From positions 64,814-128,813 of the forward strand of contig JADJYF010000010.1 of the NCBI GenBank assembly GCA_016719885.1: a stretch of DNA of 64,000 nucleotides. The letters run 5' to 3'. The stretch is from Pseudomonadota bacterium (GTDB lineage Bacteria; Pseudomonadota; Gammaproteobacteria; Ga0077536). How positions within the stretch are numbered: position 1 is the stretch's first letter; each line of letters begins with the position of its first letter. Made by a program: the position numbers and the translations under genes. Below are positions 54,935-64,000 of the stretch, piece after piece. Under the pieces are notes generated by a model. The model made no database searches and had not been told where the DNA came from. It saw only the letters and a list, made by a program, of their open reading frames with translations.

Positions 54935-56563
54935 TCAACTCAGGCGGAAGCCCTCGTAGCCCTTGGCCGCCACTTCGTTGATCTTGTCGCGGAAGGCCGG
55001 CATGCCACCGGCATAGAACAGGAACTGGCGCTTCTTGCCCGGCACGTTGGAGCCCATGAACCACGAGTCGGTCTTGGTGAAGAGCATGCCCTCGGTCAAG
55101 GACGCGGCGTGCTCCACCCACGCCTCCTGTGCGGCCGGTTCTGCCTCGATGCGTTGGTAGCCATTGTCGTCGAGATACTTCACGCAGTCCCGCACCCAAT
55201 TGCCCACCACTTCGGCGCAACGGGTGAAATTGCAGAACACCGCGCCATTGACGATGAAGAAATTAGGAAAGCCGACCGACATGAAGGTGAGGTAGGTCGA
55301 GGGACCATCCGCGCTCCACACTTCCTTGATGGAGCGCCCATCCTCGCCACGAATGTCGATGCGCGTCAGCTCGCCGGTGATGGCATCGAAGCCCGTGGCG
55401 TAGATGATGACGTCAAGTTCGTATTCCGCGCCGCCGGTCTTGATGCCGCGCGGCGTGATGGCCTGGATGGGGTCGGATTTCACGTCGACCAGCAGCACGT
55501 TGTCGCGATTGAAGGTCTCGTAGTAATTGGTCTCGAGCGGGATGCGCTTGGCGCCGAAAGGATGGTCGCGCGGCGTCAGCAGCTCGGCAACCTTGGGATC
55601 TTTCACACGCTCGCGGATCTTGCCGCGCACGAACTCGGCATAGGATTCGTTGGCCGCGTCATCGGTCATGATGTCGTGGAACAGGCCGAACCACTTGTGG
55701 AAGCCGGGCATGGCCCACACTTCCTCGTAGAAGCGGTAACGCTCTTCCTCCGACACTTCGAAGGTCTTGCGCGGGTCGGACTCCTGCATGAAGCTCGCGA
55801 ACGTGCGGCGGCAACGCTCGAAGATTTCGTCGTAGCGCGCCTTGATGCCGGCCTGCTCCTCGTCGCTGATCTTCGAGTTGCGCAACGGGCAGGCGTAGTT
55901 GGCGGAGCGCTGGAACACCGTCAGGTGCGCCACCTCCGGCGCAATCTCGGGAATGAGTTGAATGGCGGTCGAGCCGGTGCCGATCACACCGACCCGCTTG
56001 CCGCGCAGGTCGACTTTCTCTTTCGGCCAGCGCGCCGTGTGAAACGACTCGCCCTGAAAGCTGTCGATGCCGGGAATATTGGGCAGGTGATGCGCGGACA
56101 GGATGCCGACCGCCGACACCAGGTAACGTGTACGCGCGCGGTGGCCATCCTCGGTCTCGACCAGCCAGTGATTGGTTTTGCCGTCGAAGTGCGCCGACTT
56201 GATGCGCGCGTTGAAACGGATATGCGGGCGCAGGGCGAATTTATCAGCGACGAAGTTCAGGTACTTCTCGTTCTCCGGCTGGCCGGAGTAATGCTCCGCC
56301 CAGTTCCATTCCTGCAGCAGTTCGGGCGAGAAGCTGTAGGCGTAGCTGTAGGATTCGGAGTCGAAACGCGCGCCGGGATAGCGATTCCAGTACCAGGTGC
56401 CGCCAACGCCGTCACCAGCCTCGAAGATCCTCACCTCGAGGCCGAGCTGCTTGAGGCAATAGAGTTGGTAGAGCCCCGACACGCCCGCGCCGATCACCAG
56501 CGCGTCGAGTTCCTCGGCCGGCTCGCGCACCGCCGCCTCGTCGATTCTTGCCACTTGCGACAT
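54935..56563 (-). CDS. Baeyer-Villiger (type I flavin) monooxygenase
   Basis: BVMO fingerprint FQGESFHTARW. Two dinucleotide folds (GAGVSG, GTGSTA). 542 aa. Confidence 0.85.
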   Translation of the reverse strand: MSQVARIDEAAVREPAEELDALVIGAGVSGLYQLYCLKQLGLEVRIFEAGDGVGGTWYWNRYPGARFDSESYSYAYSFSPELLQEWNWAEHYSGQPENEKYLNFVADKFALRPHIRFNARIKSAHFDGKTNHWLVETEDGHRARTRYLVSAVGILSAHHLPNIPGIDSFQGESFHTARWPKEKVDLRGKRVGVIGTGSTAIQLIPEIAPEVAHLTVFQRSANYACPLRNSKISDEEQAGIKARYDEIFERCRRTFASFMQESDPRKTFEVSEEERYRFYEEVWAMPGFHKWFGLFHDIMTDDAANESYAEFVRGKIRERVKDPKVAELLTPRDHPFGAKRIPLETNYYETFNRDNVLLVDVKSDPIQAITPRGIKTGGAEYELDVIIYATGFDAITGELTRIDIRGEDGRSIKEVWSADGPSTYLTFMSVGFPNFFIVNGAVFCNFTRCAEVVGNWVRDCVKYLDDNGYQRIEAEPAAQEAWVEHAASLTEGMLFTKTDSWFMGSNVPGKKRQFLFYAGGMPAFRDKINEVAAKGYEGFRLS

Positions 56564-56738
56564 AAACCTCCCCCTTGTTGAGTCTCAGCGTTTGGCCGGG
56601 CGCGGCCAGGTCGTAAATGATGATGTCCGCGGGCGTAGCAAGCCGCAAGCACCCCCGATCGAGGAAGCCCGTTGCGTAGGCCCGCCACACCGGGCGCTGC
56701 CGAGTTTGCCTTCATATTGACTGCATTTTCAATATCGA

Positions 56739-57521
56739 GTGGAATCCGACCACGTCCAAACACTCTGGGGAGAAGCTGTCGTGGATAAAGAGACAAAAAA
56801 CACCGTCGAGTTCGTGATCGCCTGCTGCGGGCCGGCCTTCGTGCTGGGTTACCTCGTGTTCTGGGGCGTGCTCGGGCACAACATTCCGCCGCCCAACGTC
56901 ATGGGCATGAGCCCCGAGCAACTGGTCTCGGAGTACTACCTGAAGTACCGCGACTCCATTTCCATCGGCATGGCCGGTTGCTGCGTGGTGGCGCTGCTCT
57001 ACCTGCCGTGGTCCTGCCTGCTGGCGCTCATGATGCGCGACGACAACGGCAATCTCAGCGTGTTCAGCATGATGGAACTGACGGGCGGCGCGTTGACCGC
57101 ATGGGTGCTGGCGTTCTGCCCGGCAATGTGGCTGACCTGCGCCATTCTCTCGACCTCGCTCGACCCGACCTTCATCAAGTTGCTGCACACCTGCGGCTGG
57201 TTCATCTACGACGTCACTTTCATGATCACCACCGTGCAGCTCACGGGTCTCGGTCTGTACACGGTGCTGAACAAACGCCAGACCATCTTCCCGGCCTGGG
57301 CCGGCTGGTGCGCCATCGCGGTTGGCATCATCTTCCTGCCGCTGGTGCTCATCCCGTTCGTCGACAAGGGGCCGTTCATGTTGCCCGGCACCTGGAATTT
57401 CTACATCGTGTTCGGCACCTGGCTGTTCGGCTTCTTCTCGCCCTACAGCTATTTCATGCTGAAGGAGTTGAGCGCGCGGCGTCGCGAATTCATGCCGGGC
57501 GCCACCGCGCTCGGCCACTGA
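56739..57521 (+). CDS. Hypothetical polytopic membrane protein
   Basis: Multiple hydrophobic segments. An alternative GTG start at 56781 follows a GGGGAGAAG ribosome-binding site. Confidence 0.45.
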   Translation: MESDHVQTLWGEAVVDKETKNTVEFVIACCGPAFVLGYLVFWGVLGHNIPPPNVMGMSPEQLVSEYYLKYRDSISIGMAGCCVVALLYLPWSCLLALMMRDDNGNLSVFSMMELTGGALTAWVLAFCPAMWLTCAILSTSLDPTFIKLLHTCGWFIYDVTFMITTVQLTGLGLYTVLNKRQTIFPAWAGWCAIAVGIIFLPLVLIPFVDKGPFMLPGTWNFYIVFGTWLFGFFSPYSYFMLKELSARRREFMPGATALGH

Positions 57522-57621
57522 CAGCGCCTGTCGCGTCGGGAGCACGCCGTCGCTCCCGACGCGCTTCGCCCGGCGCGCGAGGTGTCATGGTCGCCAGGCG
57601 CCCCAATTGCAGGCAACGTTG

Positions 57622-58224
57622 ATGGATGATCGAGAATCACAGGCCGCCCTCCCGCCGCAGGCGCACGGCGAGGCACGACGCCAGGTCGGCACGGAAGGCC
57701 TGTGGATCTTCGTGTTCATCGACATGGTGATCTTCACCCTGATCTTCTTCGTCTTCATGAGCGAACGTCTCGGCTCACTCGCGCTGTTCGAGGCCGGTCA
57801 GCAGCGTCTCAATGCCTGGTTCGGTCTCGTCAATGCGCTGGTCTTGCTGACGAGTTCATGGCTGGTGGTGGAAGCCGTGCATGGCGCGCGCGCGGGGGCG
57901 ATGCAAGGCGTGCAACGCCATCTCGCCGGGGCGCTGTTATGCGCCGCCTTGTTCGTGGTGAGCAAGGTGCTCGAGTATCGCGCCAAGCTGCTGCTTGGCC
58001 TGACGCCCGCAACCGATCCATTTTTCTCCTTCTATTTCTTCATCACCTTCGTGCATTTCCTGCACGTGGTGGCCGGCATGCTGTTCATCAATGCCTATCG
58101 ACGTCGTGCCGCGCGCGACGTGGGCGGCAAGGCTTTCATCGCCGGTCTGGAAAACGTCGGCCTGTTCTGGCATTACGTCGACGTATTGTGGATCTTCATC
58201 TTTCCGCTGCTGTACCTCATCTGA
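57622..58224 (+). CDS. Heme-copper-oxidase subunit III-family protein (small NorE/CoxIII-like)
   Basis: C-terminal WHYVDVLWIFIFPLLYL signature of subunit III. About 200 aa. The ORF track starts at a TTG at 57607. Confidence 0.7.
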   Translation: MDDRESQAALPPQAHGEARRQVGTEGLWIFVFIDMVIFTLIFFVFMSERLGSLALFEAGQQRLNAWFGLVNALVLLTSSWLVVEAVHGARAGAMQGVQRHLAGALLCAALFVVSKVLEYRAKLLLGLTPATDPFFSFYFFITFVHFLHVVAGMLFINAYRRRAARDVGGKAFIAGLENVGLFWHYVDVLWIFIFPLLYLI

Positions 58225-58234
58225 CGGGCCACCG

Positions 58235-58513
58235 ATGTTCGCCAAACTGTCCCGCTCGCCACGCGCCGTATGGCTGCTGCTCATCGGCCTGACCGCGATC
58301 TCCTTTGCGTTGTTCGAGGGTCACTGGCTTACGTCCTTGTCGACGCTGGCGGTGGTCGCCATCGCTGCCTGCAAGGCACGCCTGGTGGTCAGGCATTTCA
58401 TGGAAGTTGCCCACGCGCCGGGCAACTGGCGGTTTGCCTACGAGACCTGGGTGTTCGTGGCGGCGGCGATCATCGTGATTGGTCACTACGTGGGCGCGGC
58501 GCGCATGCACTGA
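58235..58513 (+). CDS. Small two-TM membrane protein (prokaryotic cytochrome-oxidase subunit IV-like)
   Basis: 92 aa, two hydrophobic helices, directly downstream of the subunit-III-like gene. Confidence 0.4.
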   Translation: MFAKLSRSPRAVWLLLIGLTAISFALFEGHWLTSLSTLAVVAIAACKARLVVRHFMEVAHAPGNWRFAYETWVFVAAAIIVIGHYVGAARMH

Positions 58514-58522
58514 ACACCGTCG

Positions 58523-59776
58523 TCAGCGATCGCGGTGCAGCAGCAAGACCGAACAGGCCGCTTCGTCAAAGCCAATCACGCCGCCGCCATTCTCGGCCAG
58601 CGCCCAGCGCGCGCCGTCGACCTGGCGTTCGCCGGCTTCGCCGCGGAGTTGCGCGACGAGTTCCGCGGTCATCGACAGCCCGGTGGCACCCACCGGGTGT
58701 CCCTTGGAAACGAGACCACCGGAGGTGTTCACCGGGATCCGGCCACCCAGGGTGGTCGCGCCGCTTTCCACCAGCGCGCCGCCTTCGCCGCGCGCGCAAA
58801 ATCCCATCATCTCGACCTGGTAGATCTCGCAGAACGAGGTAGCGTCGTGCACTTCGGCGACGTCGACGTCGGCGGGCGTGATGCCGGCGGCGCGATAGGC
58901 GCGTTCCGCCGCGTAGCGGCTCAAACCGTCTTCATCGAGACTGCGATACTTGCCGCCGGACAAGCCCTGGGCCGCGATGCGCACGGCGCGTTCGCGCACC
59001 TCGGCGGGCAGCGTCTTCAGCACCTGCTCCGACACCACCAACGCCGCCGCCGCACCATCGCCTATTGGCGCACACATCGCACGGGTCAGTGGCCAGGTCA
59101 CGGGCCGGTCCGCCAGCACCTCGTCGACCGTCATGCGAAAACGATACTGGGCGCCGGGGTTCATTGCGCCATGGTTGTGGTTCTTGGCCGCGCCGGCCGC
59201 GATCTGGCGCTGGGTCAAGCCGTACTTCTTCATGTGATAGCAAGCCTGCATGGCATAGGTATCCATGAAGATGGTGCGGTCGGGGCCGGGCTCGAAGGGT
59301 TTGCCGGCGACCTCGCCCGCCGCGCGGTAATAGTCTTGCCATTCTTGCGGGTCGTATTGATCGATGCCGCCGAAGTAGAGCCGCGCGGTCTTGTCCGGCG
59401 CCTGCGGAAAGAAGGTCTTCTCCACGCCCATGGCGAGACTCACCGCGGCCTGGCCGGACAGGATGTCCTTCCACGCGCCGTTCAAGGCCAGCGAAGCCGT
59501 CGCGCAGCCGGCCTCGACGTTGGTCAGAGGCACGCGCTCGGGCAGTAGCCCTTCGCGCGTCATCGGCGTCAGGCACACCTGGCCGCGGATGCTGCCCTGG
59601 TTGTCGGTCCACATACCGCAGTTGCCGAAGTGGACGCTTTCAATCATGCCGCCGTCGTCGAGGCCGGCATCGGCCAGTACCGCGAGATAGGCCTCGCGTG
59701 CGAGGTCCTTGACGCTGTCTTGGGGGCGACGTCCGAAGGCGGTGCTGTAGGCGCCGATGATGTAGGCGGCGGTCAT
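58523..59776 (-). CDS. Thiolase-like protein (SCP-x / lipid-transfer-type thiolase family)
   Basis: Cys-containing N-terminal domain and C-terminal GHPVGATG motif. About 417 aa. Confidence 0.7.
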   Translation of the reverse strand: MTAAYIIGAYSTAFGRRPQDSVKDLAREAYLAVLADAGLDDGGMIESVHFGNCGMWTDNQGSIRGQVCLTPMTREGLLPERVPLTNVEAGCATASLALNGAWKDILSGQAAVSLAMGVEKTFFPQAPDKTARLYFGGIDQYDPQEWQDYYRAAGEVAGKPFEPGPDRTIFMDTYAMQACYHMKKYGLTQRQIAAGAAKNHNHGAMNPGAQYRFRMTVDEVLADRPVTWPLTRAMCAPIGDGAAAALVVSEQVLKTLPAEVRERAVRIAAQGLSGGKYRSLDEDGLSRYAAERAYRAAGITPADVDVAEVHDATSFCEIYQVEMMGFCARGEGGALVESGATTLGGRIPVNTSGGLVSKGHPVGATGLSMTAELVAQLRGEAGERQVDGARWALAENGGGVIGFDEAACSVLLLHRDR

Positions 59777-59866
59777 GGGCGTTCTCCGTGCGTTGTGAAA
59801 CCGGGGCGATGGCAGGCAATGACATCGCCCCATGTCGTCCCAGGGGGCGATGTCGGGGCGCGCGAC

Positions 59867-60886
59867 TCAGGGCCGGGCGGCGATGCGATAGACACGCGTG
59901 GCGGTGCCCCGGAACATCGCGTCCTTCTCCGCTTCGCTGTAGGGTGCGGCGATTTTCTTGAAGGCGTTCCACAGCACACCATAGGAAACACCGCACTTGT
60001 CGACCGGGAAGTTGCTCTCGAACATGCAGCGCTCGGGGCCGAAGGCCTGGATCGCAAACTGGTAATAGTCGTTCTGCTTTGCCACGAATTGATCGGAAGT
60101 CGGTGGCTTGGCATCTGCTTCGAAGCCGAGTCCGCACCAGGGCATGGCGAGACCACCGAGCTTCATGTTGACGTTAGGACACTTCGCCAGTTCGGTGAGG
60201 TCCTTCTTCCACTGCGCCATGATTTCCTGCTGGCGGCCCTTGTAGGCGCCCACACCCAGCGGCGTGCCAAGGTGGTCGATGACCATCGTGGTGCCGGGAA
60301 AGGCGCGCGCGAGATCCGTGAAGCAGGCGGTCTGGTGATAGTAGTGATAACCATCGAATACCAGGCCCTTGTCCGACAGGATCTTGAAGCCGCGCCGAAA
60401 GGCGGCATCGTCGTACAGGCGTGCGTTGTGTACGCCTTCCATGGAAAGCAGCTCGGAGCCCGTGTCATCGAAGGCCGCGATCTGGCGAATGCCGCGGAAC
60501 AGCTTGCTGGCGGCGATGTGCGCATCGAGGAATTCATGCACTTCGGCTTCGCTGCCGCGCAATTCGCCGGTGCCCATGATGGCGCCGATCTGCGTGGCCC
60601 TGGAATTGGCGGCGGCCTGCTTGGCGATGCCGTCGACCCATTCGGTCTCACCCACCGGCTTCAAATGCTCCGGCCCGCTCTCGCGATGCCCTTCCCAGCA
60701 TTGCAGGTAGACGGTCTGCTCGACGTCATGCGTGCCGGTGTCGGCACGCAGTTCGTTCAAATCATAGTAGGGATAGACTTCGCTCTTGACGAAGAAATGA
60801 TGATGCGGGTCGACAATGCGACGGGTGGGCTCGATGGTGTCTTCTTGAACATTGGCGAGCCAGTCTTTGCGAACGACGACGGACAT
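59867..60886 (-). CDS. Amidohydrolase-2-family metal-dependent hydrolase/decarboxylase (TIM barrel)
   Basis: DPHHHF N-terminal metal motif and later HLG and D residues. GGGGAGAA ribosome-binding site before the ATG at 60886. Confidence 0.7.
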   Translation of the reverse strand: MSVVVRKDWLANVQEDTIEPTRRIVDPHHHFFVKSEVYPYYDLNELRADTGTHDVEQTVYLQCWEGHRESGPEHLKPVGETEWVDGIAKQAAANSRATQIGAIMGTGELRGSEAEVHEFLDAHIAASKLFRGIRQIAAFDDTGSELLSMEGVHNARLYDDAAFRRGFKILSDKGLVFDGYHYYHQTACFTDLARAFPGTTMVIDHLGTPLGVGAYKGRQQEIMAQWKKDLTELAKCPNVNMKLGGLAMPWCGLGFEADAKPPTSDQFVAKQNDYYQFAIQAFGPERCMFESNFPVDKCGVSYGVLWNAFKKIAAPYSEAEKDAMFRGTATRVYRIAARP

Positions 60887-60960
60887 GATGCGGTTCTCCC
60901 CTGGTGGCGATGGCACGGCAGGCGGCGTGGACGCCGTGCGTGAGGGCCGAGCGTAGCACG

Positions 60961-62049
60961 TCAGGGCTGTGCGGATTCATCCCATAAATGACGTCGGTAT
61001 TCGCGAGGCGATTGACCGCTCCAACTCTTGAACGCGCGCGAAAAGGCGCTGGCATCCTCGAAGCCCAGCACATGGGCGATGGCACTGTTGTCGAGATGAC
61101 TGCGCGCCATCAGTTCCATGGCGCGTTCGCGGCGTACTTCGGCCAGCACCGCGGAAAAGCTCGTGCCTTCCTCGTCGAGGCGTCGTTGCAGGGTGCGGGT
61201 GGTGAGATGCAGGGCGCGCACCACTTCCGGCAAGGACGGCACCGGCGTCGCGGCGCGCAGTCGCGTGCGCAGCACGTCGGCATAGCGCAAGGGCTCATCC
61301 ATCACCGCCGCCAGGCGCTGGCACTGGTTCTCGAAGAAACGATAGGACATTGCATTTGCTTGCGGCGGCGCACTGTCCCACACCGCGCGTGCGAATCGGA
61401 TCTGGTTACTGGCCGCGCCGAAATGCACTGGGCAGGAGAAGAACGCTTCGTAGACATCGACCTCGGGCGGCGGCAGGTGGGTGAAATGCACCGACAGTGG
61501 CTTGAGACCAGCGCCCAAGGTCTGGCGCAACAGGGTCAAGGTCGAGGTGGTGTCGCGTTCGACGAAAAAAGCCGCACAGTCGCCGACCTCGGCATTTTCC
61601 TCGTAGCTGACGTACTCCTCATCGCCATCGTTCCAGAATGACAGTTCGATACAGCCCCAGGCGAGGATCGGGTGGGCAAGGATGGTGTGAAAAAGTTCGC
61701 GTGCGTTGGGCGCGCAGGACGCGGCCAGCCCCAATACGCCAAATTGCACCAGGTGATATCCCTGTCCGACCAGCAGGCCCGCGTGCGGCAGCTTGAGAGC
61801 GGTCAAGGCCAGGCGCGTGAAGCGCAGTTCCTTTTCAAACGGAATGTGAAAGCTCGGTTCTTCGAGCGCGAAACGCGGGATGTCGGCCGCCTCGAGCAGC
61901 GCTTGCACGGCATGGCCACGCGCTTCGAGGACGGTGATGACCGGCGCCAGTCCGAACGCCAGGCGCACGGGCCGCAGCATGGCGCTGCCAAACAGGTAGG
62001 CCGGCGGGCGGGCCGGCCGCGGGTCCATGCCTTGCCTGTCCGCTGCCAT
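60961..62049 (-). CDS. AraC-family transcriptional regulator
   Basis: C-terminal double HTH (…LHLTTRTLQRRL…IAHVLGFEDASAFSRAFKSWSGQSPREYR). Confidence 0.75.
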   Translation of the reverse strand: MAADRQGMDPRPARPPAYLFGSAMLRPVRLAFGLAPVITVLEARGHAVQALLEAADIPRFALEEPSFHIPFEKELRFTRLALTALKLPHAGLLVGQGYHLVQFGVLGLAASCAPNARELFHTILAHPILAWGCIELSFWNDGDEEYVSYEENAEVGDCAAFFVERDTTSTLTLLRQTLGAGLKPLSVHFTHLPPPEVDVYEAFFSCPVHFGAASNQIRFARAVWDSAPPQANAMSYRFFENQCQRLAAVMDEPLRYADVLRTRLRAATPVPSLPEVVRALHLTTRTLQRRLDEEGTSFSAVLAEVRRERAMELMARSHLDNSAIAHVLGFEDASAFSRAFKSWSGQSPREYRRHLWDESAQP

Positions 62050-62201
62050 GGCCGTCGTTCAGTGCTGTCGTAATTTGCAAAGAAATTTACACAATCCGTC
62101 ATTCTGCGTCGAGACGCGCTGGCGGACACTCTGCCACGCGCGCGGCCCGCAACGCATCCAACGTCCGTCTTTGCCGCTGCCTCAACACCAAGGGGAGTCC
62201 G

Positions 62202-63443
62202 ATGAAGTTCATGTTCTTTTTCTATCCGGCGATCCCGGCGACGATGGAGGAGCGCGAAAAACTGCGCCCCATCGCACGTCGCAACGATCGCTTCCAGAAG
62301 ATGCTCGACGAAATCGTCGAGCTTTCGCAGTTGGCCGAGGATCTGGGCTTTCAGGCCGTGACCTTCCCCGAGCACCACCTGCACACCGAAGGCAGTGAAA
62401 TGGGTAGCCTGCCGCTACTCACGCAGCACGTGCTGGCCAACACCAAGAAGATCATGGCCGGCCCCATCGGCTACGTGCTGGCCGGTTGGAACCCGCTGCG
62501 CCTGGCCTTGGAAATCGCCTGGCTCGATCAGATCTCCAAGGGCCGCACGTTCTGCGGTTTCGCGCGTGGCTACCAGGCGCGCTGGTTGAACCCCATGGCG
62601 CAGCACCTGCACGTGACCGCCGCCGACCTGCACGCCAAGGATGCCGCGCCGAACACCGACGCCGTCAATCGCGAAGCCTTTCAGGAAATCTTCGACATTC
62701 TCAAGCTCGCGTGGGCCGACGGCACTTTCCGTTACAAGGGCAAGTACTACGAGTATCCCTATCCCTACGAAACCGGTACGCCGTGGCCAGCCCATGAGTG
62801 GACGCGCAAGTACGGTTCGCCGGGGGAAGTGGACGAGAACGGCAACATCGTCGCCATCGAAGTGGTGCCAAAGCCGTTCCAGAAGCCGCATCCGCCGCTG
62901 TTCCAGGCGTTCTCGCAGAGCGAAAGCACCATCCGCTGGTGCGCCAAGGAGGGACTCATCCCGACGCTGCTGACGTCCGACCTTGGCGAGCTGCGCAACT
63001 TCTGCAATATCCACGTGGAAGAAGCCGCCAAGCATGGGCGCAATCTCAAGCTCGGCGAGAACATGGGCGTGTTCCGCAGCGTATACATGGCCGATACCAA
63101 GGAGCGCGCGCGCCAGATCGGCATGGAAGGCCTGATGGGCACGGGCTGGCCGGGCTGGGCGCATGATTTCGGCTTCACCGATGCCTTCCGCCTGCCGGAA
63201 GACGACATCAAGTATCCGGGCAAGACCTTGCCGAAGTCGGAGGTCTACATGGAGCGTTTCGAGAAGAAGCACTTCGCGCTGGTCGGCAACGCCGACGACG
63301 TGCGCCGCGAAATGGATCTGCTGGTCGAGGCCGGCAACCCCGAGTGGTTCATCTGGCAAGGGGACCAGGGTTACCTGCCGCTGGAAGAGGTGCGTCGTCA
63401 GCTGGAACGCTTCGGCAAAGAGGTCATGCCGCACTACATGTAG
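62202..63443 (+). CDS. Luciferase-like (LLM class) flavin-dependent monooxygenase
   Basis: N-terminus MKFMFFFYP typical of LLM proteins. 413 aa. AGGGGAG ribosome-binding site. Confidence 0.8.
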   Translation: MKFMFFFYPAIPATMEEREKLRPIARRNDRFQKMLDEIVELSQLAEDLGFQAVTFPEHHLHTEGSEMGSLPLLTQHVLANTKKIMAGPIGYVLAGWNPLRLALEIAWLDQISKGRTFCGFARGYQARWLNPMAQHLHVTAADLHAKDAAPNTDAVNREAFQEIFDILKLAWADGTFRYKGKYYEYPYPYETGTPWPAHEWTRKYGSPGEVDENGNIVAIEVVPKPFQKPHPPLFQAFSQSESTIRWCAKEGLIPTLLTSDLGELRNFCNIHVEEAAKHGRNLKLGENMGVFRSVYMADTKERARQIGMEGLMGTGWPGWAHDFGFTDAFRLPEDDIKYPGKTLPKSEVYMERFEKKHFALVGNADDVRREMDLLVEAGNPEWFIWQGDQGYLPLEEVRRQLERFGKEVMPHYM

Positions 63444-63541
63444 ACATCACCGCGTTCGTTGCGTGTTGCCACAACGCGCAACGAACGGGAGTGCTGTGCC
63501 ACCGGCGCCTGTCCCGGCGCCGGTGTACCCTTCCCGACCGC

Positions 63542-64000
63542 TCAGGCGCCGATGAACTTCGGCTCGCGACGCTCCGCCGTGGCCTTTACGCCCTCCGTCC
63601 AATCCGCGGTGGTGCGCAGCCAGTTCTGCTCGGCCAGTTCGTGATCGGTCTGCATGGCAATGCGATCGGCGAACCCGACGCGCAGCGTGGCGCGCGTCGA
63701 CATCACCGCGAGAGGCGCGCAGGACGCAAGTTCCGCCGCCAGCGCCAGGGCCGTCGCACGCAGCTGATCCTGCGGCACACAGTCATCGGCCAGCCCCCAC
63801 GCCAGGGCCTGCGGACCATCGATACGACGGCTGGTGAGCAACAGCAGCGAGGCGCGCTGCTGGCCGAGCAAGGCAGGCAAGGTATAGGTGAGGCCAAAGC
63901 CGGGATGGAAGCCGAGCTTGGTGAAGTTGGCGCTGAAACGCCCTTCCGGGCAGGTGACACGGAAATCCGCTGACACCGCGAGACCCAGACCGCCGCCGAT
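63542..64000 (-). CDS. Enoyl-CoA hydratase/isomerase-family protein, C-terminal part (the 5' end lies beyond the window)
   Basis: Crotonase C-terminal motifs (FSANFTKLGFHPGFG…KATAERREPKF). The frame is open to the window edge. Confidence 0.6.
   Translation of the reverse strand: MGGGLGLAVSADFRVTCPEGRFSANFTKLGFHPGFGLTYTLPALLGQQRASLLLLTSRRIDGPQALAWGLADDCVPQDQLRATALALAAELASCAPLAVMSTRATLRVGFADRIAMQTDHELAEQNWLRTTADWTEGVKATAERREPKFIGA

Overview
This is a high-GC (about 68-70%), gene-dense proteobacterial chromosomal segment. No rRNA, tRNA, CRISPR array, transposase or integrase was seen. The content is a catabolic 'island' for lignin-derived aromatic and alicyclic compounds plus some housekeeping genes.

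- (a) 1-5.1 kb: a mirror-symmetric block of three aminoglycoside-phosphotransferase(APH)-fold kinases and two paralogous 168-aa unknown proteins. They flank a short-chain dehydrogenase (SDR) and a structured intergenic region with nested palindromes and a 115-nt poly-G run. The poly-G run is almost certainly an assembly artefact.
- (b) 7.4-19 kb: an acyl-CoA pathway that resembles the bad/ali cyclohexanecarboxylate route. It has a CoA ligase, a MenB/BadI-like crotonase, a BadH-like SDR, three acyl-CoA dehydrogenases, a FadB-like hydratase with a degenerate NAD-binding site, and a MarR regulator.
- (c) 19-21.4 kb: an AlkB-family di-iron hydroxylase next to a cytochrome P450.
- (d) 21.6-26 kb: a conserved extracytoplasmic redox cluster: TlpA thioredoxin, DUF4266 lipoprotein, a DUF3570-like protein carrying a DxxSGAT flavinylation motif, an uncertain outer-membrane-like ORF, and FAD:protein FMN transferase ApbE.
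- (e) 28.7-32.5 kb: glycerol utilisation (glycerophosphodiester phosphodiesterase, glpK, glpD).
- (f) 34.5-40.9 kb: a tightly coupled operon pcaI-pcaJ-pcaH-pcaG-pobA-pcaB ending in a P450.
- (g) 43-64 kb: a second block of ring-cleavage and oxygenase genes. These include a fumarylacetoacetate-hydrolase-family protein, amidohydrolases, an FAD monooxygenase, a two-subunit LigB-type extradiol dioxygenase with a RidA-family protein, a Baeyer-Villiger monooxygenase (BVMO), a luciferase-like flavin monooxygenase (LLM), an ABC-2 exporter, a cytochrome-oxidase subunit III/IV-like pair, and GntR/TetR/AraC/LysR regulators.

Two families of composite palindromic (REP/MITE-like) elements recur in intergenic sites. 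At least two genes (a GST-like gene and a MetE-like gene) carry clear frameshifts. Together with the poly-G run these suggest a draft-quality assembly. Possible paired phosphotransferase/168-aa modules are the main candidates for undescribed biology. The flavinylation cluster, whose DUF3570-like member carries a flavinylation motif, is a second candidate. All functional calls rest on recognisable motifs in the supplied translations. No database search was run.
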